A stretch of DNA of 45,151 nt from an uncultured Gammaproteobacteria bacterium (GCA_964521295.1 CAZFRF010000001.1:529865-575015), one strand, 5' to 3'; positions 10,201 through 19,891 are shown, counted from the stretch's first letter. Numbers and translations: made by a program. Notes: generated by a model from the letters alone, not told the origin.

Positions 10201-10221
10201 TATTGTATTTCTGATACAATA
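10201..10221 (+). promoter_or_regulatory. perfect 8-bp inverted repeat overlapping the helicase extended -10 promoter
   Basis: TATTGTAT-ttctg-ATACAATA. TGaTACAAT (10212-10220), 6 nt, then GTG at 10227. Confidence 0.45.
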
Positions 10222-10226
10222 CCCTA

Positions 10227-13094
10227 GTGAATTCAACCGTTAAACTAGATGATAATCAAAAGAAAGCAATAAATTTTACAGAGGGACCTCTACTTATCAT
10301 CGCAGGCGCAGGAACTGGCAAAACCACTGTAATTACTCAAAGAATTAAACATTTAATAGTTGAAAAAGATATTCAACCCCAACAAATCCTTGCATTAACT
10401 TTCACAGAAAAAGCGGCATATGAAATGCAAGAAAGAGTTGACGTACTACTTCCTTATGGCTATACAAATATTTGGATCCATACTTTTCATTCATTTTGCG
10501 ATAGAATCTTAAGAGATGAGGCTCACGCTATTGGATTAGATCCAAATTATAAATTAATTTCAGAAGCTGAAGGAATACTACTACTAAAACAAAATATTTT
10601 TGAATTAGGCCTAAAGATGTTTAAACCATTAGGAAATCCAAATAAATTTCTAGATGCATTACTAGTTCATTTTTCAAGATTAAAAGATGAAGATATTACT
10701 CCAAAAGATTATTTAAATTTTGTAGAAAAAATAGAAGATACAGATGAAAAAAATCAGTTTTTAGAATTAGCAACTGCATATCAAAAATACGAAGATTTAA
10801 AAATGAAAAATAGTTATATGGATTTTGCTGATTTAATCTCTAATACCCTACTACTATTTAGAACTAGATCTAACATTTTAAAAAAATATCAAAATCAATT
10901 TAAATATATTTTAGTTGATGAGTTTCAAGATACAAATTTTGCTCAAAATGAATTAGCTATACTTTTAACCGGGAAAGAAAACAATATTAACGTAGTTGCG
11001 GATGACGATCAATCGATCTATCGATTTAGAGGAGCAGCTGTTTCAAATGTTTTACAGTTTAGAAAAAATTTTCCAAATACTCAAATTATTACCCTAGTTA
11101 ACAACTATCGTTCTACTCAAAAAATCTTAAATTCATCTTATCAACTAATTCAACACAATAATCCTAATCGACTTGAGATAGTTGAGAAAATAAATAAGAA
11201 ATTAATTAGTCATTCAAAATTAAGCGATGATATTGAATTTATTCACACTGCAAGATCAGAAGATGAAGCAGATGAGATTGCCAAAACAATAAAAAAATTA
11301 ACTAAGAAAAATTATGAGTATAGAGACATAGCGATTTTAGTAAGAGCAAATAATCATGCTCAAGCAATTACCGCTGCTCTAACAAGACTTAGAATTCCTT
11401 ATCAATTTTTAGGACCTGGATATCTTTTTCAACAAGAAGAAATAAAAGATTTAATAGCTTATGTAAACTTTCTCACTAACCTTTCTGACTCTATTTCGCT
11501 TTATCGGGTTTTATCGATGGACATATTTAATATTTCCTATGTTCAATTAAATTATTTACTAAATTTTACTAAACGAAAAAACCTATCCTTATTTGAAGCC
11601 ATAAATTCAGGCAATTTAACATTTCTAAGTGAAGAGACACAAGAAAAATTAATTAATATTTCTAACATGATAAATAATCATTTAACTAAAATTAAATATG
11701 AACAAGCAGGACAAATTTTGTATGATTTTTTAGTAGATTCAAAGCTTTTTGATACCTTTATGGAATCTAACTCTTTAAAAGAAGAAAAAAGAGTTCAGAA
11801 TATTGCAAAATTTTTTGACAGAATAAAAACTTTCGAAGCAGAGAGAACTGATGCAAACATATTTACATTAAGAGAATGGTTAAATCTGATGATGCAAATG
11901 GGTGACAGTCCTCTTGCGGCTGATATTGACCAAAGAAATAGCGACTCTGTAAATATCTTAACTGTTCACTCGTCTAAAGGTTTGGAATTCCCAGTTGTCT
12001 TCCTAGTCAACTTAGTCTCTGATAGATTTCCTACACGAGAAAGAGTAGATAAAATTCCATTGCCAGAAAAAATTATAAAAGAAAAGTTATCGCAGGAGAC
12101 AGATTTTCATTTAGAAGAAGAGCGAAGACTTTTTTACGTGGGAATGACAAGGGCAAAAGAAAAACTGTTTTTAACCGCAGCAGATTATTACGGAACTGGA
12201 AAAAGAGCAAAAAAAATCTCTCAGTTTATTTTCGAAGCACTTCCTGAATTAAAAATTACAACCTCCATTAAACAGAAAACTGAGCAGCTTTCATTACCTG
12301 AAATCTTTGCCCCTTACCAGCAACAAGAAGAAATAATAAATCTTAAGCAAACTATAACCAAAGTAAGCTATATAACATATTCTAATTTGCAAGCTTTTGA
12401 CATTTGTCCTTTGCACTACAAAGCCAAGGTAATCTTCAGCCTACCAACTCCTCCATCAGCTGTTTTAAGTTTTGGAATTTCCTTACATAAAACTTTATAT
12501 GATTTTTATAAATTAGTAATGGAAGATCAAAAACCTGACCTAGAAAAATTAAAATCTTTATTAAAAGACGACTGGGAAAATGATGGATATGAAAATAAAA
12601 GACATGAAGAAGAAAGATTGACTCAAGCAAAAGAAATTTTAGAAAAATTTTATGACACAGAGTGTAGTCCAACAGTAAAACCATTAAAAATTGAAGAACC
12701 CTTTAATTTCATGCTAAAAAATGGAATTAAAGTATTTGGGAAAATAGATAGAATAGATCAAACTGAAAATGGAATTGAAATTATTGATTATAAAACTGGA
12801 GCCGATAATCCCAAAGCAGAAGCAGCGCACAACTTGCAATTAGGAATCTACGCACTGGCAATTACAAAAATAAAAGATTCAATTTTAAATGTTGATCCTA
12901 AAAATATTACTTTAACTTTACATTTTCTTGAAGCCAACACGAAAAAAAGCGTAACATTTACAAAAGATGAATTAGAAAAACTTGAGGATGAAATTATTAA
13001 TCAAATAAATGATATAGAAAAAAGTGATTTTAAATGTAGTAAAAATATAATTTGTCAAAATTGTGAATATAGAATGCTCTGCAATGGAAATTAG
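10227..13094 (+). CDS. UvrD/PcrA-type SF1 helicase fused to a C-terminal PD-(D/E)XK (Cas4/AddB-like, Fe-S) nuclease
   Basis: 955 aa, GTG start. Helicase motifs: Walker A AGAGTGKT, DEFQDT, VADDDQSIYRFRGA, NYRS, HSSKGLEFPVVF, YVGMTRAKEKL. Nuclease tail: DRIDQ...IIDYKTG with Cys pattern ICPLHY ... CQNCEYRMLC. Confidence 0.8.
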   Translation: MNSTVKLDDNQKKAINFTEGPLLIIAGAGTGKTTVITQRIKHLIVEKDIQPQQILALTFTEKAAYEMQERVDVLLPYGYTNIWIHTFHSFCDRILRDEAHAIGLDPNYKLISEAEGILLLKQNIFELGLKMFKPLGNPNKFLDALLVHFSRLKDEDITPKDYLNFVEKIEDTDEKNQFLELATAYQKYEDLKMKNSYMDFADLISNTLLLFRTRSNILKKYQNQFKYILVDEFQDTNFAQNELAILLTGKENNINVVADDDQSIYRFRGAAVSNVLQFRKNFPNTQIITLVNNYRSTQKILNSSYQLIQHNNPNRLEIVEKINKKLISHSKLSDDIEFIHTARSEDEADEIAKTIKKLTKKNYEYRDIAILVRANNHAQAITAALTRLRIPYQFLGPGYLFQQEEIKDLIAYVNFLTNLSDSISLYRVLSMDIFNISYVQLNYLLNFTKRKNLSLFEAINSGNLTFLSEETQEKLINISNMINNHLTKIKYEQAGQILYDFLVDSKLFDTFMESNSLKEEKRVQNIAKFFDRIKTFEAERTDANIFTLREWLNLMMQMGDSPLAADIDQRNSDSVNILTVHSSKGLEFPVVFLVNLVSDRFPTRERVDKIPLPEKIIKEKLSQETDFHLEEERRLFYVGMTRAKEKLFLTAADYYGTGKRAKKISQFIFEALPELKITTSIKQKTEQLSLPEIFAPYQQQEEIINLKQTITKVSYITYSNLQAFDICPLHYKAKVIFSLPTPPSAVLSFGISLHKTLYDFYKLVMEDQKPDLEKLKSLLKDDWENDGYENKRHEEERLTQAKEILEKFYDTECSPTVKPLKIEEPFNFMLKNGIKVFGKIDRIDQTENGIEIIDYKTGADNPKAEAAHNLQLGIYALAITKIKDSILNVDPKNITLTLHFLEANTKKSVTFTKDELEKLEDEIINQINDIEKSDFKCSKNIICQNCEYRMLCNGN

Positions 13095-13126
13095 CATTTA
13101 AACCTCGAATTTGATAAAATAGTAGG

Positions 13127-13473
13127 GTTCTTTGGAAGTAGAGTTACTAGTTTTGTATTAGCAAGACAGGAAAGTCCAGACAGGTGTAAAGCCGGGGATG
13201 GAATGTAAATTCCGACTAGAAATAGCTAGTGTCTAAAACTTTACTCGCATATGGTTTTAGAACAGATTGTGAATTAACATAATCTGAGAGCAACAGAGAC
13301 GAGCGAGAGTGAAACGGGCAATCCTACCTGCTGCAACCTTCGAATGATACAGTGCTTTACTATTTGTATCGAAGTAAGGGCATCCTTAAAACAATAGGAC
13401 AATATGAAGAAATATCGTATTGAGATAGATTGTAACTTAAAAACAGAATCTGGCTTACTAACTTCCAAAGAAC
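13127..13473 (+). ncRNA. rnpB: RNase P RNA, bacterial type A
   Basis: 13-bp terminal P1 helix (GTTCTTTGGAAGT at 13127-13139 pairs with ACTTCCAAAGAAC at 13461-13473). Conserved P4 halves AGGAAAGTCCAGAC (13168-13181) and ACAGAATCTGGCTTA (13443-13457). GAGTGAAACGGGCA-type internal motif present. No credible ORF. Confidence 0.85.
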
Positions 13474-13477
13474 AAAT

Positions 13478-14521
13478 TTAAGAATACTTTTCCTCTATTT
13501 CTTTATCAGCAATGAAATCCAAAGAATATTCAAAGATTATTTTTATTACTCCAGCAAGCGGAACAGCAATCAACAGTCCCAATATTCCTGCAGTATGCTC
13601 TCCAGCAAGTACTGCAAATAAAATTATTAAGGGATGAAGTCGTGTTATCTTTCCCATAATATATGGATTAATTAAATAATCCTGAATTTGCCTAACTACA
13701 AAATAAACGACTATCACTAATAAAGCTGTCCTAACTGGATCTAATCCAAAATTTGACGTTCCGCCCATAAAGGCAACAATTGCTGCTACAGCTGTAGCAA
13801 AAATAGGACCAATAATTGGAACAATTTCTGCAAATCCAGAAAAAATAGCTAGAATTAATGCGAACTTAACTCCAATAATTGATAAACAAATAAACAAAAC
13901 AAATGAAACTAAAATAACTAAAAATATTTGACCTCTTAGATAACTTCCTAAAATTGAATTTATTTTTTTAAGTAAAATATCCACCTCAATTTTATATTTA
14001 TTTGGAACTAAATTTATCAACTTATCAAACATATTTCCTCCTTCTTTAAGAAAATAAAATGCAGCAAACAAAAATATTACAAAACCAATGAGTCTTGAGA
14101 AAACTTGTGGGAAAAACGAATAGATGGATGGATACGACAGATTATGTGACTTTTCAACCGTACTTAAGGTATCATTTAAAGTTGGCCTTATCCATTCGGG
14201 CAGTGCATTAATCTGACTTCTAGCATTTTTAGTAATCGTATATACCTGATCTGAAAATTGAGAAGATTCATCAACTGCTCTCTGAGAAAATAAAATACCT
14301 CCACCTATTAACATAGAGATAATTGCCATATAAATAACGATTACAGATATTGTCCTGGGAATTTTTGCTTTTTGATGAAGAAAATTTACAATAGGATTAA
14401 AAATATAAGCAAAGATAGCGGCATAAATAAAAGGAGTAAGGATTTCTCTTTCTATGTACAGAAACCAAATAAATAAAATTCCAATTACTAGGAAAAAGAT
14501 AAATTTTAACCTTAATGGCAT
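13478..14521 (-). CDS. AI-2E family transporter (PerM-like permease)
   Basis: 347 aa, polytopic membrane protein with the family-typical layout (YLRGQ..., FAEIVPIIGP, GLLIAVPL). Confidence 0.75.
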   Translation of the reverse strand: MPLRLKFIFFLVIGILFIWFLYIEREILTPFIYAAIFAYIFNPIVNFLHQKAKIPRTISVIVIYMAIISMLIGGGILFSQRAVDESSQFSDQVYTITKNARSQINALPEWIRPTLNDTLSTVEKSHNLSYPSIYSFFPQVFSRLIGFVIFLFAAFYFLKEGGNMFDKLINLVPNKYKIEVDILLKKINSILGSYLRGQIFLVILVSFVLFICLSIIGVKFALILAIFSGFAEIVPIIGPIFATAVAAIVAFMGGTSNFGLDPVRTALLVIVVYFVVRQIQDYLINPYIMGKITRLHPLIILFAVLAGEHTAGILGLLIAVPLAGVIKIIFEYSLDFIADKEIEEKYS

Positions 14522-14527
14522 AAAGCT

Positions 14528-14536
14528 ATTATATCA
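14528..14536 (-). promoter_or_regulatory. extended -10 promoter; AI-2E transporter gene predicted leaderless
   Basis: Minus strand TGaTATAAT (14536-14528), 6 nt (agcttt), then ATG at 14521. Confidence 0.45.
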
Positions 14537-14544
14537 GAACGTTT

Positions 14545-14817
14545 TTATCTTACAGCTTTCTTTAGAGTTTTACCTGGAGTAAAACCAGGTGCTTTTCTAG
14601 CCTCAATTGTAATCCTTTCTCCAGTCTTAGGATTTCTACCTGGTCTGGTAGCTCTTTTCCTAACTGAAAAAGTTCCAAATCCTGTAATTACAACTTTCTC
14701 TCCTCTTTTTAAAGAATCTCTAATTCCATTTAAGAATGCTTGTACAGAATCTCTTGCAGCTTTATTGGTTAAATTTCCTTTTTTAGCAACTAATTCTACT
14801 AAATCTTTTTTTGTCAA
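14545..14817 (-). CDS. hup: DNA-binding protein HU
   Basis: HU fold signature GFGTFSVRKRATRPGRNPKTGE. I prefer the TTG start at 14817, 5 nt after the SD GGAGGTGA, giving MTKKDLVELV. The track's GTG at 14826 lies inside that SD. Confidence 0.85.
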   Translation of the reverse strand: MTKKDLVELVAKKGNLTNKAARDSVQAFLNGIRDSLKRGEKVVITGFGTFSVRKRATRPGRNPKTGERITIEARKAPGFTPGKTLKKAVR

Positions 14818-14851
14818 AATAATCACCTCCTTTATTTTTTAATTTAGGTCT

Positions 14852-14881
14852 ACAATACAGCGTAATTAGATAACTTGTCAA
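14852..14881 (-). promoter_or_regulatory. sigma70-type promoter for hup
   Basis: Minus strand TTGACA (14881-14876), 18 nt spacer, TATTGT (14857-14852). A leader of about 30 nt carries the SD. Confidence 0.4.
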
Positions 14882-14895
14882 TATAACAAAATGGG

Positions 14896-16137
14896 TTAAT
14901 TGGAGAATTCTGTGGAGACTGCTCTAAATTCACGAATCGCTGTTACTTTAATTTCACCTGGAACAGCTAACGCTTTTGAAACTTCATCTCTAATCTTTGC
15001 AGCAACTGCTGTTGTTTGCGAATCATCTAATACTCCTGGATTAATAATAACTCTCAATTCTCTTCCTGCTTCAAATGCATAAGCATCCTCTACTCCATCA
15101 AATTTTTTAGCAATATCTTCCATTTGCGTTAATCTCTTACCATATTCTTCGATGTCTTCATATCTTGCGCCTGGCCTTGCACCAGAAATTTGATCAGATA
15201 TATTAACAATTACTGATTCAATTGAAGTAAACGGTTCGTCTTCATGATGCTGAGCAACACAATCAATAATTGGTTGAGGAATATTGAATTTCTTAAGCAA
15301 ATCTACACCAAGCTTAACGTGGCTTCCCTCTCCTTCAACAACTTTTCCAATATCATGAAATAAACATCCGAGTCTTACAATGTCTGCATCCGCTCCAATT
15401 TCTTGAGCAATATGGATACCAATCTTAGTCTCTTCCATTGTATGAACAACTAGATTTTGACCAAATGAGGTTCTAAATTTAAATCTTCCTAAAACTGATA
15501 ATAATTCTTTTTGCAGATTATATACTCCAACTTCATGAGCTAACTTTTCCCCTTCTTCAAACATTATTTTTTCTACTTCTTCTTTTGTTTGATTAACTAT
15601 TTCTTCAATCCTAAATGGTTGAATTCTTGTGTCTACAATTAATTTTTCCAAGGCTCTTTTTGCTACTTCTCTCCTAACCTGATCAAACGATGAAAGTCTA
15701 ATTACGCCCTCTTCGTCTAAGTCAACATCTACTCCTGTTGCCTGTTCAAAAGCTCTAATGTTTCTACCTTCCTTACCAATTATTCTTCCCTTTACTTCTT
15801 CATCAGCAATTTTTACTGCAGAAACAGTATATTCAGCAATATAATTCAATGCACCATGCTTCATGCTATCTACTAAAATTTGTTGGGCTTTTTTATCAGC
15901 GGTTGCTTTTGCTTCTTCTTCTTTTTGCTTAATTATTTTAGCAATAGCAGCGGACTCTCTCTGCTCAACTAAATCTAAAAGCATTTGCTTTGCTTCTTCC
16001 TTAGTTAAGGATGAGACTTTTTCTAGTTTTTCTTCCAAAGAAAGCTTTTCTTTATCTAATCTTTCTTTTTCTTGCTCTAGTTTTTCTTGTCTTTCTAATA
16101 ATTTTTTTTCTAAACCAATTAAATCTTGTTGTGCCAT
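14896..16137 (-). CDS. rny: ribonuclease Y (KH + HD domains), without the usual N-terminal membrane anchor
   Basis: 413 aa. Coiled-coil N-terminus, KH (GRIIGKEGRNIRAFE), HD (LFHDIGK...QHHED). No hydrophobic N-terminal helix in the longest ORF. Confidence 0.85.
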   Translation of the reverse strand: MAQQDLIGLEKKLLERQEKLEQEKERLDKEKLSLEEKLEKVSSLTKEEAKQMLLDLVEQRESAAIAKIIKQKEEEAKATADKKAQQILVDSMKHGALNYIAEYTVSAVKIADEEVKGRIIGKEGRNIRAFEQATGVDVDLDEEGVIRLSSFDQVRREVAKRALEKLIVDTRIQPFRIEEIVNQTKEEVEKIMFEEGEKLAHEVGVYNLQKELLSVLGRFKFRTSFGQNLVVHTMEETKIGIHIAQEIGADADIVRLGCLFHDIGKVVEGEGSHVKLGVDLLKKFNIPQPIIDCVAQHHEDEPFTSIESVIVNISDQISGARPGARYEDIEEYGKRLTQMEDIAKKFDGVEDAYAFEAGRELRVIINPGVLDDSQTTAVAAKIRDEVSKALAVPGEIKVTAIREFRAVSTEFSN

Positions 16138-16242
16138 ATTTCAATAACAATAGAAGAAACTTTTTTAAAGTTTTAATTAGCGGCGTTTGAAAAGATAAAT
16201 TCTGTACTTTTCATAAACATTTCGCAATACTTGCTATTGTCT

Positions 16243-16746
16243 TTATATATTATATCCTTTAGTAAAGATTCGGTCAATAACTTTTTTAATAGTGTCCCAA
16301 TCAAAACCTTTAGATGCCAAAAAGCGCGTTAATTTTTCTAAAGCTTTTTTAGGATCTTCGTTTTTATACCTTGCCATTCTTTTCTTTCCCAACATCAAAG
16401 CTTTTTCTAAATCAGTTATTATTTCAAAATCTGGATTTTGTAAAACATCCTCTATTAACTGTTTATCTACACCCTTTCTAACAAGTTCTAATTTTAAAAG
16501 CTTTAATGATTTGGGTTTAATTTTATTTCTATTTTCAATCCAAGCTCTCACAAACTCTCTATCATCTAAAAATTTTTGTTCTTTTAATTTATCAATGATT
16601 AAGTCAATCAAACTAGGATTTAATTGAATTTTATTTTTAGGATCAGATATCTTTTTTTGTAAATAATCTCTAATCTCTTTTTCTGAGCGGATACGAATAG
16701 ATAAAAAGTTATATGTTTTTTTTAGAAGTTCGTTAAAACCTTCCAT
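16243..16746 (-). CDS. recX: recombination regulator RecX
   Basis: 167 aa helical-repeat protein (FLDDREFVRAWIENR..., LASKGFDWDTI) located 7 nt downstream of recA. Confidence 0.8.
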   Translation of the reverse strand: MEGFNELLKKTYNFLSIRIRSEKEIRDYLQKKISDPKNKIQLNPSLIDLIIDKLKEQKFLDDREFVRAWIENRNKIKPKSLKLLKLELVRKGVDKQLIEDVLQNPDFEIITDLEKALMLGKKRMARYKNEDPKKALEKLTRFLASKGFDWDTIKKVIDRIFTKGYNI

Positions 16747-16753
16747 TAATAAG

Positions 16754-17839
16754 TTATTCTTCTTGACTCTCTTCTTCTGTTCCGAGCTCTACTCTTTGAG
16801 GGGTGCTTTTACTTTTAGATATAATTTCATCTGCAATCTTCTTAGCCATGTCTGGTTTTTCTCTTAAGAAACTAATAGCTGCTTGTTTTCCTTGACCAAG
16901 CATCGTTTCACCATATCTAAAAAATGCACCAGATTTTGATAATATTCCCATCTCTACTCCAACATCCATAATTCCACCCTCTCTAGAAATCCCTGTATCT
17001 CCCATAACGTCAAACTCAGCGATTCTAAATGGGCTGGAAACCTTATTTTTTACGATTTTCGCTCTATGTCTGCTACCAATTACTTTATCTGCTTCCTTTA
17101 ATGTCTCAATTTTACGAATATCAATTCTAACTGAGGCATAAAACTTCAGAGCCAGGCCTCCAGTTGTTGTTTCTGGATTTCCAAACATAACACCAATCTT
17201 TTGTCTTAATTGGTTTGTAAAGATAACAACTGTTTTAGACTTAGAAATTACTGCTGTTAATTTTCTTAAGGCCTGAGACATTAATCTTGCCTGAAGCCCC
17301 ATGACTGAATCACCCATTTCGCCCTCAATTTCTGCCCTTGGCACCAGAGCTGCAACTGAATCGATTACTAATACATCAACTCCACCACTTCTAATTAAAC
17401 TTTCGGCAATTTCTAATGCTTGCTCTCCGGTGTCGGGTTGAGATATTAATAAATCGTCTAATTTAACACCAATTCTTTCAGCCCAAAGAGGATCTAATGC
17501 ATGCTCAGCATCAATGAAGGCGGCAACACCTCCATGCTTTTGCGCTTGAGCAATAATTGAAAGACAAACTGTAGTTTTTCCTGAAGCTTCTGGACCATAA
17601 ATTTCAATGATTCTACCCCTTGGCACTCCACCTACCCCGAGTGCTAAATCTAAAGGTAAACAACCTGTAGAGATTACTGAGATATCTAGTTTTGCACCTA
17701 CTTCTCCAAAGCGCATAATAGATCCTCTACCATATTGTTTTTCTATTTGTTCCATTGCAAGCTTAACTGCTTCTAATTTTCCAGCTGCATCCGCACTTGC
17801 ATCGCCCATTGTTTTTGCTTGATTTGATGACCTTGCCAT
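16754..17839 (-). CDS. recA: recombinase RecA
   Basis: 361 aa. [16 protein letters not shown], Walker [20 protein letters not shown], and the L2 region [20 protein letters not shown]. Confidence 0.95.
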   Translation of the reverse strand: MARSSNQAKTMGDASADAAGKLEAVKLAMEQIEKQYGRGSIMRFGEVGAKLDISVISTGCLPLDLALGVGGVPRGRIIEIYGPEASGKTTVCLSIIAQAQKHGGVAAFIDAEHALDPLWAERIGVKLDDLLISQPDTGEQALEIAESLIRSGGVDVLVIDSVAALVPRAEIEGEMGDSVMGLQARLMSQALRKLTAVISKSKTVVIFTNQLRQKIGVMFGNPETTTGGLALKFYASVRIDIRKIETLKEADKVIGSRHRAKIVKNKVSSPFRIAEFDVMGDTGISREGGIMDVGVEMGILSKSGAFFRYGETMLGQGKQAAISFLREKPDMAKKIADEIISKSKSTPQRVELGTEEESQEE

Positions 17840-17845
17840 ACCGCC

Positions 17846-17873
17846 ATTCTAACAATTTTATGTTAAAATACAA
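17846..17873 (-). promoter_or_regulatory. extended -10 promoter; recA predicted leaderless
   Basis: Minus strand TTGTAT (17873-17868), 16 nt including TGt, TAGAAT (17851-17846), 6 nt (ggcggt), then ATG at 17839. Confidence 0.45.
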
Positions 17874-17957
17874 GAGATCAAAATATATCTTAGAGATAAT
17901 ATTTTGCAATATAATCTAGAAAATATACGAGTCCTAGAGTCAAATTTAATTAATTAA

Positions 17958-18028
17958 CGGGGAGTAGTTTACCGGTAGAATGCGCGCATGGGGTGCGTGT
18001 GGTCCGAGTTCAATTCTCGGCTCCCCGA
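17958..18028 (+). tRNA. tRNA-Pro (anticodon GGG), CCA not encoded
   Basis: Hand-folded cloverleaf. Acceptor CGGGGAG/CTCCCCG. Anticodon stem CGCGC/GCGTG with loop A-T-GGG-G-T (U33, G37). T arm CCGAG-TTCAATT-CTCGG. Discriminator A. 4-nt variable loop. Confidence 0.85.
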
Positions 18029-18042
18029 CAGGCTAAGCTTAA

Positions 18043-18071
18043 TTGCTTAATCAGGCTATTTTAGGTATAAT
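18043..18071 (+). promoter_or_regulatory. sigma70-type promoter for uppS; near-leaderless
   Basis: TTGCTT (18043-18048), 17 nt spacer, TATAAT (18066-18071), 9 nt, then ATG at 18081. No SD. Confidence 0.45.
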
Positions 18072-18080
18072 ATTACAATT

Positions 18081-18845
18081 ATGACCAGCGATAATAAGAT
18101 CTTTGAGGAATTTCCTGAACTTAAAAATATTCCTGCAGAAAAATTCCCCCAACATGTACACATAATTCCCGATGGCAATGGAAGATGGGCATATAAGTTT
18201 CATAAAATCCCAATCTATGGACATCGAAAAGGAGCTGAAGTACTTAAAAAAATTCTTCGAACTCTTGATTGCCTCCCAATTCAAACCATTAGCGTTTGGG
18301 GATTCTCTGCTGACAACTGGAAGAGATCAAAATCAGAAACAGAAGGATTAATGAAGCTCTTCGAATCTTCTGTTAAAGAAATGCAAAAAGACTTAGTAGA
18401 AAAGAAAATGAGATTTTACCATTTAGGAAGAAAAGACCGCATTCCCAATTCATTAAGACAAATACTAGAAGAGACAGAGGAAATGACTAAACAATTTACT
18501 GGGAAAAAATTTGCAGTCGCTATAGATTTTGGTGGAGTTGATCAAGAAATAAGGATTATGAAAAAAATTCAACAGCTTCCCAAAACAACTGACGTAAATG
18601 CAGAACTCTTAGTAAATTTAAGAGATGCTAATGGTGAAATTACCCCAGCAGACTTAATTATTAGAACCTCTGGAGAAAAAAGGACATCTGACTTAGGATG
18701 GCTTGCTCAAAACGCAGAGTTCTATTCTATTGAAAAACTTTTACCAGATTCAGGAACAAAAGATTTTATCGATGCTGTTATTGATTTTTCTAAAAGAGAA
18801 AGAAGATTTGGGGGAAGATTAGTTCATGCAAATACAACAGTTTAA
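18081..18845 (+). CDS. uppS: isoprenyl transferase (undecaprenyl-diphosphate synthase family, cis-prenyltransferase)
   Basis: 254 aa. HVHIIPDGNGRWA, WGFSADNWKRS and LIIRTSGEKRTSD are cis-IPPS motifs. Confidence 0.85.
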   Translation: MTSDNKIFEEFPELKNIPAEKFPQHVHIIPDGNGRWAYKFHKIPIYGHRKGAEVLKKILRTLDCLPIQTISVWGFSADNWKRSKSETEGLMKLFESSVKEMQKDLVEKKMRFYHLGRKDRIPNSLRQILEETEEMTKQFTGKKFAVAIDFGGVDQEIRIMKKIQQLPKTTDVNAELLVNLRDANGEITPADLIIRTSGEKRTSDLGWLAQNAEFYSIEKLLPDSGTKDFIDAVIDFSKRERRFGGRLVHANTTV

Positions 18846-19875
18846 AAAAGATTTTGATCCTCTTATTCAAGAATTTCTTGAAAATAAACTCACAAGTTTT
18901 CCCGAACATAAAGATAAAAGAGTTGATGATTATCTAAGCTACATTAAAACATTTCTTGCGGAAGGAAAAAGAGTAAGACCCTATCTAGCCTACCTTGCCT
19001 ACAAAGCAGGTAAAGGCACAAAGAATGATCAAGCAATACAACTCTTAGTCTTCTTAGAATTGTTTCATGCTTTTGCTTTAATACATGACGATATTATGGA
19101 TAATGCCAAGACCAGAAGGACTCTACAAACAGCACATGAGTATATTAAAGATCAAGTAGATAAGACACAGCTGATTGATTCTAAGCACTTTGGCGAATCG
19201 CAAGCAATCCTCTTAGGTGATCTACTACTTTCTTGGTCATTTGAAATATTAATCAACAACAAGGATTTCGACATAGAAATATTACAAACAGCAAAAGTTA
19301 TGTTTTTAAAGATGATTGATGAAGTTATATTAGGACAAATGATTGATCTAAATATAACTTTGGAAAATAACGTAAGCAAGGACTTAATAGAAGACAAGAC
19401 TATTTTAAAAACAGCTTACTATTCCTTTGTTAGACCAATGCAAATTGGAGCTATTTTAGCAGGAGATGAAACTAATCAAGATTTTTATGAAAAGTTAGGT
19501 AGATTTATCGGCATTGCATTTCAAACACAAGACGACCTACTAGATATTCAGTCCGATGATGAAACTATTCACAAAACTTCTTTTAATGACATTGAACAAG
19601 GTCAGCAGTCTTTTTTCACAAACTATGTTTTTACAAATGGCTCAAATGAACAAAAGCAAATATTATCAGATTTATTAGGAAAGAAAATTTCTCATGAAGA
19701 CAAAGATAAATTAAGAAATGTTTTTAAAGAGAGCAAAGCGATTACCTTCGGAGAAAAAATAATTAATGATAATCTTAACTCTGCAAAAAAACTCATTACT
19801 GACTCAAGTCTATCTCCTGAAATTAAAAATGAATTCTTAGAATTAATAGCTTTAATTGCCAATAGAAAAAATTAA
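18826..19875 (+). CDS. trans-polyprenyl diphosphate synthase (GGPP/FPP synthase family)
   Basis: 349 aa. First Asp-rich motif LIHDDIMD and second Asp-rich motif FQTQDDLLD. 20-nt overlap with uppS. Confidence 0.8.
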   Translation: MQIQQFKKDFDPLIQEFLENKLTSFPEHKDKRVDDYLSYIKTFLAEGKRVRPYLAYLAYKAGKGTKNDQAIQLLVFLELFHAFALIHDDIMDNAKTRRTLQTAHEYIKDQVDKTQLIDSKHFGESQAILLGDLLLSWSFEILINNKDFDIEILQTAKVMFLKMIDEVILGQMIDLNITLENNVSKDLIEDKTILKTAYYSFVRPMQIGAILAGDETNQDFYEKLGRFIGIAFQTQDDLLDIQSDDETIHKTSFNDIEQGQQSFFTNYVFTNGSNEQKQILSDLLGKKISHEDKDKLRNVFKESKAITFGEKIINDNLNSAKKLITDSSLSPEIKNEFLELIALIANRKN

Positions 19876-19891
19876 AATTTTCTAGCTTAAA

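Noticed and set aside
16138-16242. 15-codon minus-strand mini-ORF (MFMKSTEFIFSNAAN) in the recX-rny spacer
   Set aside because: It has no SD or promoter geometry supporting it. It is short enough to arise by chance in AT-rich sequence and overlaps a plausible rny promoter (TTGCGA-17-CAGAAT).
17881-17957. Possible promoter for tRNA-Pro (TATAAT at 17910-17915)
   Set aside because: The -10 is good, but the -35 (ATCTTA) is poor and there is no TG extension. It is plausible but not well enough supported to list as a feature.
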